Translations under genes and position numbers: made by a program
In this document: positions 13,101 through 28,100 of the stretch, piece by piece
Numbering within the stretch: the first letter of the stretch is position 1
How the letters are laid out: each line of letters begins with the position of its first letter
Notes under the pieces: generated by a model
The model's database searches: none
Told to the model about the DNA's origin: nothing
What the model saw: the letters and a program-made list of their open reading frames with translations, nothing else
From: Stramenopiles sp. TOSAG23-6
Lineage: Eukaryota
Reading direction: 5' to 3'
Assembly (NCBI GenBank): GCA_900128565.1
Contig: LT635942.1
Location: 1-35,938, forward strand
Length of the DNA: 35,938 bases

Positions 13101-16100
13101 TTAATAAGGAGTGTATGAAACATTCTTCAGTGCAAGGTATTCCAGCTAGTAAAGCTTGCTGTGGATGTGGTGGTGGAGATTTCCCATACAAACCTGTTGA
13201 AACATCTCTTAAGAATAGTTTGAACTTTTCATGGCACTCGACATCAGTGTTACCTCTTACAGTGACCGTGTCAGGTGCTGGAACTTCAGCTGTCAATGGA
13301 GTGTATGATTTAGAAATTGCTGAAAAGTCTCAAACTGTGGGCGTCGTTTATATGAAACGTACAATCAATCAAAGCTTGAAGATAATGTATGAGAGTAAAA
13401 ATGGACCAATAATAGCTAATGTTTGGGTAATCACTGATGTTGGATCAAATAAAAAATATTATGCCAATGTGGCTCCCACGCCGTGGCATCTCTCGAATAC
13501 ACCTTGGGTCTTATACTCAAAGATTAAAGGTTTCGGAGAGGGCCTGTTACCAGCACCAAATTCATCGCCACAACCTTGGACTATTGAAATCACCAACCCG
13601 ACTACTGTGTCTGGTTCTAGTGTAAACAAGGTTGATTGTAATGTCTGTGATCATACAGGTGGTGATATGAGCTCTTGTGATGTAAATACATTTGCGAAAG
13701 TTCTACTCGTGGATTCATTGAATTCAACCTGTGTGTCTGGATCCGAATTTTTAGTGACATTTCCCGTCGTTACGAAAGTATGGTGGATTGTTATTGGATC
13801 AAAAGAACCAAATTCGTCTTCTGCGCGAAACTTATGGGAAAGTCAAGCACAAAATGGAGGATTTAGAATTCAATATTCTAATGTTTCATCAACAGGTCCC
13901 TGGAAAATAGCCTTTTCCCAACCAAGTTTATCTGAAAGTATTCTCAAAGGTGATGGTGTGCCTAAAACAATTGATTTGCGACAACCAGTGAAGGCTAAAT
14001 ACTGGCGTTTTATTATGAAATCAATCACGCTGGGTACTCTTCGGTTTGGTGCTCTTGATGAAGTTGAAAATAATGATACAAGTTGGGTCAAAGTATTCAC
14101 TATTGGTGGAAGCACTGCTGATTATTCCGAGAGAATGTATAATGGTAGCCCGTTCGTTGATAATCTAACAATTGACCGCCTTTTTGAAAATACAATGATA
14201 AGTCAAGGTATTATTCGTCGGGATTGTGACAGCTGTAAAGCGTTCGCCGGAGCACATAAGAGAGTGTACTACAAACGGCATACATCTATAGGCACGTTTT
14301 CAGCAAGCTTGTCGATGAAGACTTGGGCTGTAGGAAGTGGCAATTCTATCAATGAAGATTTTAGTTTGTACGGTAATCTTGGCGATGCAGCAGAAGACAC
14401 ATCAAGATGGCCGTCTTCGCATTGTCAAAGTGTACCAGCAAATACCGGTTTTCCTGGAGGGTGTGGTCCTACATCGAAAGATGATACTGCTGCTATTGTG
14501 GATCTATCGAGTCATGTGCAGAGTTTCTATATCCTAGCCAAAAGTGTACAAGGATATGTTATCATTCATAATGGGGATAATTTTACAGGCTACACATTAC
14601 GTTTTGATGGTGCCGGTGATTATGTTGCATGGGATTGGTTTGTGAATCATATAGATTCTCGTGCTTCATTTCCTAATGATTTTGTAACGTCTATTGAAGT
14701 ATATAATGCAGATGTTACATTATATCGCAATGCACCAAGTGATGTAGCCAAACTTGGAATGTCGTTTGCTCCGGGAATTACTCTTGATTATGTAAAAAGT
14801 AAAGTTGATAGAGGTATTACTTTACGCCCTGGTCGATATACTGCAGCTGATTTGATTGTTGCATTTACCCCAACAGAAGTGTTTTACAAAATTGGTAGTG
14901 GCTTTAGAGATCCATGTCAAACTTCAAGAACGAGTCCAAATAAAGTTGATGTTGGGGAAGAATGTGCAGAACAATTATGGATTGAAGCAGGTTGCACTGT
15001 TACCAGTGGTGGTTTACGGTTGAATACACAAAGTTCGTGGAGCAGAGTCTATGATAACTCGGCAACATATACAGCGCTCAAGTCGAAGGCAACTTCTGCA
15101 GCTTCTCTACAACAAGTTAATTTGACTTCACATCGTTCGTGCCAGACTGTTGAACAATGTAGTAAACTCGGCCTTTGTGCTTCACATACACCTACACAGT
15201 ATGCGCTTTTATTTTCTGTTTCATGGATTAGAATACACGAGACAACAGTTGTAAATAATCCAGAGATTGTATCTTATCAAGATTCAGCTAACTTTGCTGC
15301 ATTTTCATTCAGTCCAGATAATTCTCTGTCTGCAACGGAACGGTTTTCTGCACTACGATCTGTGTGCCAAAATCCAAGTGGGGATCCTCATTACACACTC
15401 CGCAAAGCAGGTATGTCCATGGACTTTGCATCAATTCACAGCGGACTTGAAGATATGGATGCGCTTAAAGCATGTAAAGACGCAATCTTAGCTTTAGGTA
15501 CTTCAAAAGCTCCGCCTTTTTGTTACATTGGTCTTGAAATGATCACACCTGAACTTGGGCAAGTTGGTTGGAAATGGGGAGACCAAAGCACAATGTCATA
15601 TATGTACTGGAAGAATGGTCATGGCCATGGAACAATTTCAAATCCTGTTCCACATTTGGCAATAATCAAGCCTCAAAATTATGTGGGTTGGGAGGAAGTC
15701 CCTGCATCTACGCAAATGCAGGGAACTGCTCTTGTTTTATGTCGATCGATGAAGCGAATCAATCCCAAAGGTGCAGATACATCCTGTGATAAAATTGGTG
15801 GCATTTGGAATCTTTCGACAAAAGGAGAAAATATATGTTGTTCGGCGAGTTGTGGAAAATGTAATAGTAATGATTGTGCTTCACTTCCAGGAGGTTCAGC
15901 ACATTGCTGTGCTACGGAAATTTCGGCAAGTGAAAAAATATGCGGTGTGCCTCCGTGTAAACTCCCTCAAGGTACAGGTAATGCCGAGACCATTGTTGAT
16001 GAAACAACGAAGCATTCACTAAAGTATGTTTGTGATAATGATTACATTTTAAGTGGTGCACATCTTGACGATACAGCAAGTCGCACTTGTGGTGTAGATG

Positions 16101-19100
16101 GTCAATGGGCTAGCTCTCCACCTTCATGTGTACTAAAGGGCACATTGCCAATAACCCCAGCTGACGATGAAGCACGAATACAATTATTTGGTCAATTTTC
16201 TAATAAATATTGGCGTAGTGACTCGTCCGCTGGAAAATTTGCATGGGGGGGGATGTTCTCTGATTTCGCATGGGAAATTAAGTTTGACTCTTTTACAGGT
16301 TTTCCTCGTAAATTCGGCGTAAATGCACAGGGATTCACTGAAACATTTATATTGCAAGGTCACTTATCAAGTCAAAGTTCTGGGAAAATGTGGCTCAATA
16401 AAGATCTCTTGTGGATTGACCCTGCTAAAATTGCTAAAATTGATCGCGCATCATACACATGGCGCTTTAAAACTCAAGGTGGTAAAGATCTTGTTAATGG
16501 GTCCATCGTTCATTTGTACAGTGAAAGTAATTTCTATCTTCTAAGTAATGCATCTGAAGGAGTTGGAATTACAATGTCTGGATCTGATACAAACACACAT
16601 ACTGTTGCTACGTCTGCTCCAGGAGACTTTTTAAAGAGTTGGAAAATACAAATAGGTGATGCAGTTGCGGGTGATCTTACATCTCAAATTACCCATTCAG
16701 AATTGAATTTTACATCACCAAAGAGAATATGCGACGCTAAATATTTTAGTAGTGAACCAAGCTATATTGATACATGTTGTGTTGGTTCTGGTAAAAATGA
16801 GAAAGTTTGTGGGATTGGGCAAGGATATTGTGTTCATCGTGAACAGAAAGATGATTCTGATTCAGCTGATTCAGTAAAACATACTGGTTGTCAGACTCTA
16901 ACTTCTGGTTCACGGAGAGAATTACAATGTTCAGATGTTGGTAATTGTCCATGGCAACAAAATAATTCATCACCAGGTAGTGCTTGGTATGGGTGTTGTC
17001 ATCGAGATTATGGAAAACTTCTCTGTCAGAATACAAAAAATGTTTGTAAAGCTCGTGAGGGAACAGATCCGGATCCAATAGCATCTGTAATTGATGGCTC
17101 TTTTAATACATCTTGGATCGCAAGTGTTTCTTCAGCCATGGGAAATACTCAGACAACTACTAGATGCTTACTGATTGACCTACCACTGGATAATTTGTAT
17201 GAAATATCAAGAATTCAAGTGTGGCCAGCGCGTAGTTCTGATGTTCACACATTTGGGATGGTTGATGGCTATCACAACATTGGTGTCGGAAAATGTCGAG
17301 ACAAGACTAATACAGTTCCTGTAGTCACTTGGTTCTTTGACTCAGCAGTGAAAAGTGATGGTTCTTCAGTTGCGTGTCGGATGCAATGTGACAAAATTCC
17401 AGAGTGTGCAGGTTATATGACACATTTATCCTCATCGTCTCCTGCTTTATCAAAATGTGCACTTGTAGGTATTAGAACAGATGAAGGATTTGAAGTTGAC
17501 CGTGCTGATTCTCTTAGTGAATATCGCTGTTTTAAAAAGGCAGGTCGTGATGCAGGTGCGTGGAGGTCAGCTACAGCATATAAAAGTGATGGCTTGGGGG
17601 GATGGAATGCATTGATACCATCGAAGAAACTACTTGATTGTACTGCGCCAGATGAATTATCTCATATATCATCCATGTATCCTATTGAACAGATAGAATG
17701 GCTTAATACGAGTACAGTAAAACTATTTTCATCGAATTTTCCTACAGATATGTCGGTAGGCGAATATATTCAGTGCAAGGGTACGAATTCAGGGCTAGAC
17801 TCTTTGGATAGAGTAAAGGTATCTAATATCAATCGGTCTGCGAATTATTTTGTGGTCACTGTTTCATTAAAAACATTCAACAAACGTGAAGTTGTTGGAC
17901 GTTTTCAATTGGTTTCATATTCTGTTCTCAGTGAGAACATGACTCTTTCTACAACAAAGGTGGTTACATCTACGAAAGAATTGAGAGTTGTTGCCGGTTC
18001 TTATATCAAAATTGATACAGAAATCATGAAAGTCACTGGTGTTGTTTCTGATACTGAATTGACTGTTGTCCGATCTCAAACGGGCACAGCTGCTACACAT
18101 CTAAAAGACAAACAGATATATTTGATACCCAAAAGCGCCAATAGACCCCATACAGTGTTTGAGCGATCTAACACTGCGTCTATTGCATCAGGAGTATCCC
18201 AATTAAAATTGTGCTTTAGTAATCCGTGTTTGAAGCAAAACCGAGTTCTGGATGTATTCAAAGTTGGCGAAGTAAAAATATTCGGATGGAATACAGAAAT
18301 AAACCCTACAGATCCTGGAGGTCAGGTTATTTGTGACGATAAAAAATGTAATGAGTGTTCACTTCCAATTGCTTGTTCTGCACTCACAGGTTGTCAATAT
18401 AACCCAACACAAAAATCTTGTATGGAAGTATGTTCAGAAAATACTTGTGGTTCTTGTACTGAAAAGGTAGAATGCGAAAGCCAAGGTTCAGAAGGGAAAT
18501 GTCAGTGGCATGCTCCTCGTGGTACACTTCCAATTTGTCGAAAATCTATTTGTTCAGTGAATAAATGTAATTTATGTGGTGGAAAGTCAGCATGTGAACA
18601 AAGTGGCGGGTGTATATGGGATAATACAAATTCAAAATGCAATGAGCCTGTAAAGGTTCTCACAATAGAAGGAAGTATTTCGTTGAATGGTATTGACCCC
18701 GCATTTTGGACGGAATTAAAATTAGACGAAATTCTCATAGAAACAATTGCAAATTATGCTACAATTCATCCGAAGTCTATAAAGTTAACTAAAACTGTTT
18801 TAGATGCGTTGCCAGACACCAATACGCCTAATTTACCTAGAATTCTCAGTATATTTGAAATTATCAAAACTGATGCGTCAAAAAATTTATATACTTNTGG
18901 TAATGCAGGTGTTGGGATTTCAGGTAAGGGTGGTGAATGTACTTGTCCAGACAATCAAAAATATATTGTAGGTGACATTTATGATAATTGTACTTTGTCG
19001 TGTATTAATAGGAAAGAAAACACTGTTGGTAATGAAGTTTGTGCAGCAAATGGTGGGCGAAAAGATGGAAAAACCGGTTGGTCGGTAGACTGTAATGCAG

Positions 19101-22100
19101 GTGCAGCAAATGTTGTAAAGTTATTGAATGCTATTTCAGTATCTGATAATCGGAAATTTATCAACACATTTAGTCGTTTAATTCTTGCTCGATCATCGTT
19201 ATCAAAAGTTTCTCCTTCGCCAAGTTATACAATCAAACAAGTCAGATTGTTGACTGATTTGCAAAATCAAACGGTTTATCCTCGTGTTGGTCTTACATTT
19301 GAAGATTCGCGTATACAAAATGAATTATGTGATGTGGATTCTTGTGGTAATTGTAATACTAAGGTGGCATGTGCTAGCAAGAATTGTGTATATGAAGAAA
19401 GTGCGGCTGTGTGGGCGAGCTCAGCATATTCTCCAGTGGGTCAAAAAGGTTCTCTTTCTAATGATGCTACATTAATGACTGTCGCGTGCAACTCTGTCAC
19501 TGAAATTGCTTTTAGTGAAAAAATTTGGACAGATCAGTGTAGCCCTTCAAGTTATAGTGCTTGTGTCGCGGCTTCTTCAACGAATGGTTGTGGGATTTCA
19601 TCTTTATTTGTCAATAGGTGTCATGCACGCACTAATGGTGTACAAGCTTCATTAATTGGTTCACCTGCCAATGCTGCAGCTGGTGGATCAACTATTTGTG
19701 CAGACGCTCGTCTTCAAAGTAGTTTCTGTGTTTCCAAATGTTCCGTATCTTCTTGTAGCTCTTGTGTAAATTCAACAGAATGCAGCAATGTCGGGTGTAG
19801 ATGGGTAACACATTTTACTAACAGCACTAGTGGTACTATTATTGAGAGTTGCGAAGCTCCAAATCCTCCATGTAGCGAGGAAAATTGTGATATGTGTAAA
19901 TCCGTTAATGATTGTTCGACTGTATCTGGTTGTGAATGGTTTGATGATGCACCTTATTCTCGCTGTCGTCCTGATCAATGCAAGGGTGATTGTAGTGCTT
20001 GTGTTAGTTTAGTAGCTGCAAGTATTTCAGCTGAAAGTAGATGTAAAGAACGAGAAGTAGGTACAATTGCGTCTTATGAAGAAGGAGTTCGTTGTCATTG
20101 GTATGCACAAGAGTCTACATGTTTAGATGTCTGTAATCCATGGAACTGTGCAGGGTGTACAACAAAAACCGACTGCAATGCAGACACTACGTATTGTACA
20201 TGGAATGATACGAGTAGTACTTGTTTGGCTAGAAGTACTGACTGTGGAATGACGTGTAATGAGGGAGGAAATGGTGTTCTTTGTGTGCCACAAAATTGGG
20301 TATGTGATGGTACATCTGATTGTCCAGTATCAGAATGTGACGAAAGGGCTTGTACTGATGAAGCTTTTGATATATCTAAAGCTAATAACTTGAGTAACGG
20401 TTGTTGTCGTTGGACAACATACCAGATGAAGTGTATGTCAACATGAATTTCATTTTTTTTTTTCGTACCAAATTTTGCAAGTAAAGATTTTTTATTGACC
20501 AATTTTGAATGTTAAATATTTTTCCACAATACATGTAGTGGCAACACATTTGCAAGAGCTCCTGCTGGATATCATATATCTGATGAAGTTTGTGCGGATT
20601 ATTGTTGTACTACTGCAAATTGCAAGGTGTGGCAATGGAAACCTATATTTGGTTGTTTTGTTGGAGATCCTGCAATTTGTGGTGTTGACGAAAAGGGGGA
20701 AACTTCAACGAGTGGTTGGGAAGGTGGATATAAATCAAGTTCATCGTATACTCTACCTGTACCCGCTAGCGCACAAGTTGCGTGTACGAGTTCGCAAGGT
20801 GAATGTGGAGATGGATCATGTTATGAGTTATATGCTCAATGTGATGGCGTTGACGATTGCGATACTGGTGCAGATGAGTCAGATTGTGGCATCAATGAAC
20901 TTGAATTGTCTGCCAGTTGCAGAGGCATAGTTAAAGTGTATCACGGTAATAAATGGGGAACAATTTGTAACGAAGGTTGGACAGCTCTTAGTGCTAAAGT
21001 TGTATGTGCCCAACTTGAGTGTGGTGGAGTGGTAAATCACCAAGATTTGACATTTGGTCTTGGAGAAGGCCAGATTCACTTGAAAAATGTACAATGTAAT
21101 GGACTTGAAAATAATCTATTTGAATGTTTGACTTCAGATATGAATGGTAATCCGTTTAGATGGGGCGCATCTGGGTGTACCCACGAACAAGACGTTGCCA
21201 TCGTTTGTCAAAATGGTGTACAAAAACCTCCAACGTGTGCGCAGTTGGGTGGTCATTCAGAGTGTGATCAAAATGAATATTGTGGTTTTGGTGGAGCATC
21301 TGATCCATCATGCCTTCCACACGAGGAATGTTGTATTTATCAAGATACATTTAACCAGGGAGCTTGCCCTCATGTTTGTGAAGATTTAGGTTGTACAGAA
21401 CATCGAGGTGCCAACGGTTGCAACACCGATCAGTTTTGTAGTACCACTGGGTCTTGTATGAATCTAGATCAATGTTGCTTCTTCAAGTCTGAGGCCGTTG
21501 GTGGTGCCTGTCCTACAGATTGTACAGGTAAAGAGCGTTGCGAAGGGAAATTACAAAGAGAATCCGTGGGTAGTAAATGCGGTGAATGTAGTCCTTCCTA
21601 TTCAGGGCTTCCTGGAATGGGTAACACTTTATGTACATCAGCGATGACCCCGAGTTCATTTTATCCAAATCCAGTATTTGCTCCATTTTCAGCACAATCC
21701 GCAGGGCCCAGATCACGTTTTGCTGTCGCTGATATTAATAATGATACTTTTGATGATATAGTTATTGGTGGTAAAGCTTCGAAAGGTGAACCCTTGGTGT
21801 ATATGGCTTCAACATCTTGTGGGAAATGGTCTGAGAAAACAGGCAACGAAAATCCATTTCAATACTCTTCAGATGGAAAATCAGGGTTAGTTTTAATTGG
21901 AAGTACGACACTTGGTGAAAATCTTTCTCCCTCATTTGTAGACTTTAATGGAGACGGGTTACAAGATTTATTTGTCGGGACTTCAACTACTATTAGATAC
22001 TTAGAAAATATCACTGCTAGTGGAGTGATAAAGTTTAAAGAAAATGTTGATCAAAACCCTTTTAAAAGCAACCTTCCTTCAAATGGGAAAGATTTCTATG

Positions 22101-25100
22101 TTGTATGGGCTGATCTAGATCAAGATGGTGATTATGATGCTACTATAGGGAACGCTGCAGGCGAAATTGTTGTGTACCGTCGTGATAGTGTTAGTACGTT
22201 AACGAAACTTGAGGAGAAAGATGTAATATGCACTGGAAGTAATGTCAAATGTAAAACGTATACTAAAACTGACTGTGAAAAAGATGCTGCTTGTAGTTTA
22301 GTTTCAAACCCAAACGAAAATCCCTTTTTTTCAGCCAGAAATACCCAAGATTTTGCATTTTCCAGTCTAAAGAGCACGACAATTGCATGGACAGATGTAG
22401 ACACAGATGGTGACTTGGATGCTGTTGTTGGAGATCAACTTGGTTCCTTATTCTATTTTGAAAATATTGGAATGAAAGGCTTAATAACTTTTAAAATTGG
22501 TGGTAATGGTACATTTTTTGAAAATGAAGTCATCGTAAGCAATAATGCAGTTGCGACTGTTGAAAAATGGGTTCCGAGTACCCGGAGTCTTCACGTAAAG
22601 TATGATGGTATGGGATTTCTCACATTCGCAAAGGATGTTGCTGTAGTTGGTCCCAGTGGGACATGGACGACTGAAACTTTTGTCAGTACAATACATTTAA
22701 TTGCTCAAATTGGTTCTGTCAATCCTTTCAATGGGATAATGACACTTGAAAATGTGGCTCCTACATGGATTGATATAGATTGTGATTGTGACATGGATTT
22801 GTTAGTCGGTGGTTCTGCATCTGTAGCTACTGGTGCATCATGTGCTAGTGAAGATCCATCAACAAATTATAAATTATTCAAAAACATCGGTGATACAAAA
22901 CCATCTGTAATGGCAAGGCGTGAAGGGAGTTCAAATCCATTCTTTAGTCTACTGAGTGCTCGTATATCATTCAGTGCACCCGCATTTGTTGATATCGATG
23001 ATGATGGCGACTTTGACTGCTTTGTTGGTACAAAAGAAGGATCAATTGAATACTTTGAAAATATAGGTAGTCCGACAAATCCAGTTTTTACTCATCAAAC
23101 AAGCTCGTCTAACAATCCACTGAGTATGATTAGCGATACAAATATTTATTATACATACCCCGCATTCTTTGATATTGATAAGGATGGTGATTTGGATTTA
23201 TTTATTGGAACGGAAAAAGCGGGTATTAAGTTTTATCTAAATGAAGGTACAAAGAAAGTACCGAAATTTCGGTTAGAAGTAAACGATAATCCTTTGAGAA
23301 GTGCAGAAGCAACTCTGACAACACCATTAAAATTTTCTCGAATTGTTTTTGCCGATCTTGACGGTGATGGAGAATCAAGTTTGTTTATCGGTGATTCAAC
23401 TGGAAGTATTCGAAGCTTGAATAAAGTGTATTGGAAATGGGATTATTGTACAATTGGCACTCAAATCCGCCATTCAACAAAAGCAAATGATCTCGGCCAG
23501 CGAGGCATAATTGTTGGTATTTTAGGCTCGAAATTTTCTATAATATTTGAAGGGTCATTAGACCGAATACTTGTATTACACAACACGAAAGCATCTTGTC
23601 AAAATGATGCCAATAGGTCCTGCGTAGTTGTTGCTAAGAATCGGCATCCATGCCTTCCAGATGTAGCCTGTTGGAAAAATGATTTTACAACGAATGCTTA
23701 TTTTGCTGAACATTGCAAAGATTCATGGACGACTGCATCGGCGACTGGAGTACCTTTAATTGATGTCAATGTTGGCTCACTTGCTCAGCCTTCTTTTGTA
23801 GATATTGATGGTGATGGCGACTTGGATGTTTTCCTTGGCATGACGTCATTCTTTGAAAATATTGGATCATCACTGAGTCCAGTGATGGAATATCGTGATG
23901 CTGTGATGCCATTTGGAGCTCTTGATTTTGGCGTTTTTACTAGTATATCCTGGGTTGATATTGATGGGGATAACGACCCTGATGCGTTTGTGGGAGATAG
24001 CGAAGGAAATATTCATTATTTTAAAAATGTCAGAATTACAGACGAAAATATTGAGATTATTAGTGTTGACTTTTTATCGTATTCTTCAACATATGGAGTT
24101 ACCGTATCTCTGAATTGGACTTCTAGCGAAATGGTTGAGAGTAGTACTTCAAAGGCATCTAATTCGCCTCAATATGTTGTCTACTATGCTGACTCTCAGG
24201 ATAAGGCGGGAAAATGTGGGGCTTCAAATAGAAATTGCGGTCGTGTGTTCCCAGGAATGCGGACATCTACGTCAATTTCTGGTTTAGATCCGAATGTGTC
24301 TTATTATTACTCAATTGGTGTATTACAAGCATCCCATGCTGAAAACGGAGCAGTGTATCTTCCTGTTAAACCACCCATTGACTGCAAAAAAAAAAAAAGT
24401 AGAAGATTATCAAATGGTAATCATGGGCGGAGATTATCTAGTGGTGGTGCATCAAAGGTTCTACCTCCTTTACCCCCAGATATAACCAAAGCATATTTTG
24501 TATACAGAGGTCCTGATCCAGACCCCAAAGCAAATGGTTCTTGTTCAGGTAAACTCTCAACATCTATCGTATGTACAACTTTAACCACGAAGGATACATG
24601 TATAGCAATTGATGGTTGTACATTTAGCGATTCTCATTTGGTCGGTGGTAATATTTTATCTATTGATAGTATTAGTGGCAAGGATCCTAATCGGAAACCA
24701 GGATTGTATGAAGTATCTGTGTTTAGTGGTGGAAGCACTAATAGCAAAGGGGCCGTTTTTACAATTAAAATTGACAATGAAAGTGGTAAGGGAGGCGCAG
24801 TAAGCGTTTTCATAAAAAATGCTGGTGTAAAGTATAAGACAAATGATACAATTACTGTTGCCGATTCTCAGTTAGGTGGTCTTGGTGGAGTAGCCTTAAC
24901 ATTTGATGTAGCAACTGTATCCATTGCGCTGGTGGCATCTGGTGTTGTCAGTGCCGGTGAACCTTCCTGTTGTGCGGCAACTACTTCATATTGTTTTTCG
25001 GGATCTTCATGTGTTCCACCAAATACAGGAATGCCTAATAATATCGTCCGCGGTACAACAAAAATAACAGATGTTTGTCCTGCTAAAAAAGTTAATGGAA

Positions 25101-28100
25101 ATGCAACTCTAATGTGTAATAATAAAAAACGAGAATTATTGTTAACGTCGTGTACAGGAACGCCAAAGCCATGTCAACATACAGATTTCCAAAATAATAA
25201 ATCTAGGTGTCCAACCTCAAACGGGTGTGTATACACTGTATCTGGATTTATTGCACAACTTGCGCTTGCTTGGCGAAATGCTAATGCAAAACTTAAATCT
25301 GGTGAAATTCGGTTAGATGTTAAGAACTATCGTGTAAGATGGTCAAAAGATGCTTTGATGAAGTCGAATTCAAAATGTATAGATTTATCAAGTTCTCCTA
25401 CGCCTCCACCATGTGATCAAATTTTTGTCAATTTGGGTAATGCATGTGACAATAGAGAAGGCTGTTCCTGGAATTCCGATGGGTCATGTAAAGGAACGGC
25501 AACCCCATGTTCCGATGCTTCAATGCAAGGTGATAAAAACAAGTGTACAACATTTAATGGCTGTAAGTATATAGAACAAGAGAAAATCACACAGGCGACA
25601 ATACTAACAACAACATCACGTAACCCAGTTACAGCAGATGGTGATTGGTACGTTGACGTTACTCCTTATAGTGTACTTGGGGCAGGAGTACCAACAACTA
25701 TACTAAAAGTACAATGTGGTCCAGGTCAATTTAGACCTTCATCCAATGAATGGCTGAATTTACCATTTAGTTTAATGAATCGAAGCAATGGTTGTGCTCA
25801 TTGTGTTCCTGGCAAGTATCAGAAGAATGCAGGGAAATCATCCTGTTCAATATGTCCGGCAGGGAAGTTTAATCCAGATATTGCATCGACCGACTCTAGT
25901 GCATGTGTTCCGTGCATTGCAAAAACATATTGTCCTGCTGGTTCATCGGAGCAGCTACCTTGCCCAGCAGGATTTTATTGTCCACAACCCAATATTAAAT
26001 CTCTGTGTGCTACAAAGGGTTCAAAGTGCCCGCAAGGTTCTACTCAAGAAGGCACTTGTCCTTCAGGTAGTTTTTGTTCTGATCCAACAAAGCAAAAGAA
26101 ATGTGTTTTAGGCGTTGATGATAAAACAACAAGTGGTGTAGATGAAAGCATAGGTATACATTGCCCTGCTGGTGTAACTGTCCCCATTCAATGTGAAGCT
26201 GGTTACATTTGTTCAAATCCATCAACGAAGGTTAAATGCAATGATGGGTTTTATTGTCCATTAGGATCTATTTCACAGACTAAATGTTTGAAGGGACACT
26301 TTTGTCCTACTCCTCTCGAGCAAAAGGCGTGTACGAGAAACTATTGTGTAAAGATTGATGACAAAGGTAATCAGACAAAAGAACCTCTTATTAAGGATAA
26401 AACTAAATGTATCAGTTCATGTAGTGAGAGTGCAATATCCGTTGAACTCTTATGTAAAAACGTATGTACGAAATCGTGTACTTCAAGTGATGGTACAGGT
26501 GTAACAGAATGTAGTAATGCTAATTTATATTTCACAGGATCTTGTGACAATCCAAAATCTGCAGATATCAAAGATTCATGTGGTCATTGTAGCGTTGCTG
26601 TTAAAAAGACGAATACAGAATGTTCAGATGTAAAAGGAATTTGGACTGCAGGTGTATGGACAGAATCTACAAAAGAAACCGTGGATGCTGAAGTTAATTG
26701 TAAAAATGCCCACTCATCTTGTATATATGTAGGTCCACCAGTTGGCTCGCAGGAGGTTTGCTCGAAAGGTGATCATACAAAGACAGGAATATGTTTACCA
26801 AATTCACCGACTAATTGCTACAAAACAAGCCAGAGTGCTTGTACAAATGTTGCAGGATGTGTATGGAAAACAAAAGTACAATGTGCGGCACAAGATTCTT
26901 CGTGTTGTTTACATAATTGTACTGACGTTGCACAGACATCAACTTCATGTGGGAAGATCTCAGGTTGTAGCTGGAAAAATTTGGCATGGACTCCACGTCA
27001 GTGGACGAATCATTTATGGATAGAGGCAACATTATGCGAAGCTGGTTATACACAGCAAATTATATGCCCAGCTGGCTATTCTTGTCCCACCGTATCATCA
27101 AAAACTGCATGTCCAGCGGGAACTTTTTGTGAAGCTGGCTCTAGTAATCCAGTAGAATGTCCCGCGGAGTTCTATTGTCCTCGAAGTGATACGCAACAGT
27201 TATGGGGTTTAACGAAACGCCCTTGTGTCGTAGAATTGCATCATTGTCCTCCTAAATCTGTGACAGCAAACATTTGTCTTGCATCTGCTTGGTGTCCAGT
27301 ACCTAGTAAACAAGAAACAATAACAGTAAAAGTTATAGGTACTGTACGTGGATATGATGTAACATCTGGCCTTCGATATCAAAATGCTATCATTGATCCC
27401 ACTGTAGCTCCCACAAATTACGGTAGTGATACAAACACAAGAAAACTTTCTACAAACACAAGAAAACTTTCTACTCGAGACTGTTTAAGCCCTGGCCAAT
27501 GTGAATTGTTTGACAATACGCCTTGGGATAGTGGTGGTGTAATTCCAATCTGGGTAGAACTTTCCCCAAATGAATTAAAAGGATTAGATAAAGGCACACG
27601 GTTTACAAATAGACATATAGTAACTTGTGAAATTCATACTACGAATACTGCTAATGTACAGCTCGAAGGTGCTCAAATTGAAATAAATCCGTCCAATGGA
27701 ATTGGAGTTTTTAGTAATTTCAAAATTATTATGCCTCCTGGAGGAACTGCAACTATGTATATCTCATGTACTTCAGTCCCTAATGTTCGCGTATCACCAC
27801 TCAATGAATATCCTATTGATGGATTTATGAAAGGTATAGTTGATAATCTAAAGGTAGGAGAAGGTCAATCTGAAACTAATTTCTACAAAACAATTGCACC
27901 AAAAAGATATTTTTCGGTAAAACTTCGCCCGTGTACGTTTTTCATCATTCATTTCAATTTTAGGTGTTTCATAGAAAATTCCATATTTAACAAAGTCTAA
28001 TTTCTAATTTCACATATTTTTTCACAATACATGTGTTCGAGGGGAAACCATTGTTGAAAATATTTGTACAAAATGTGTTTCTGGGAAATATTCCTGGGGA

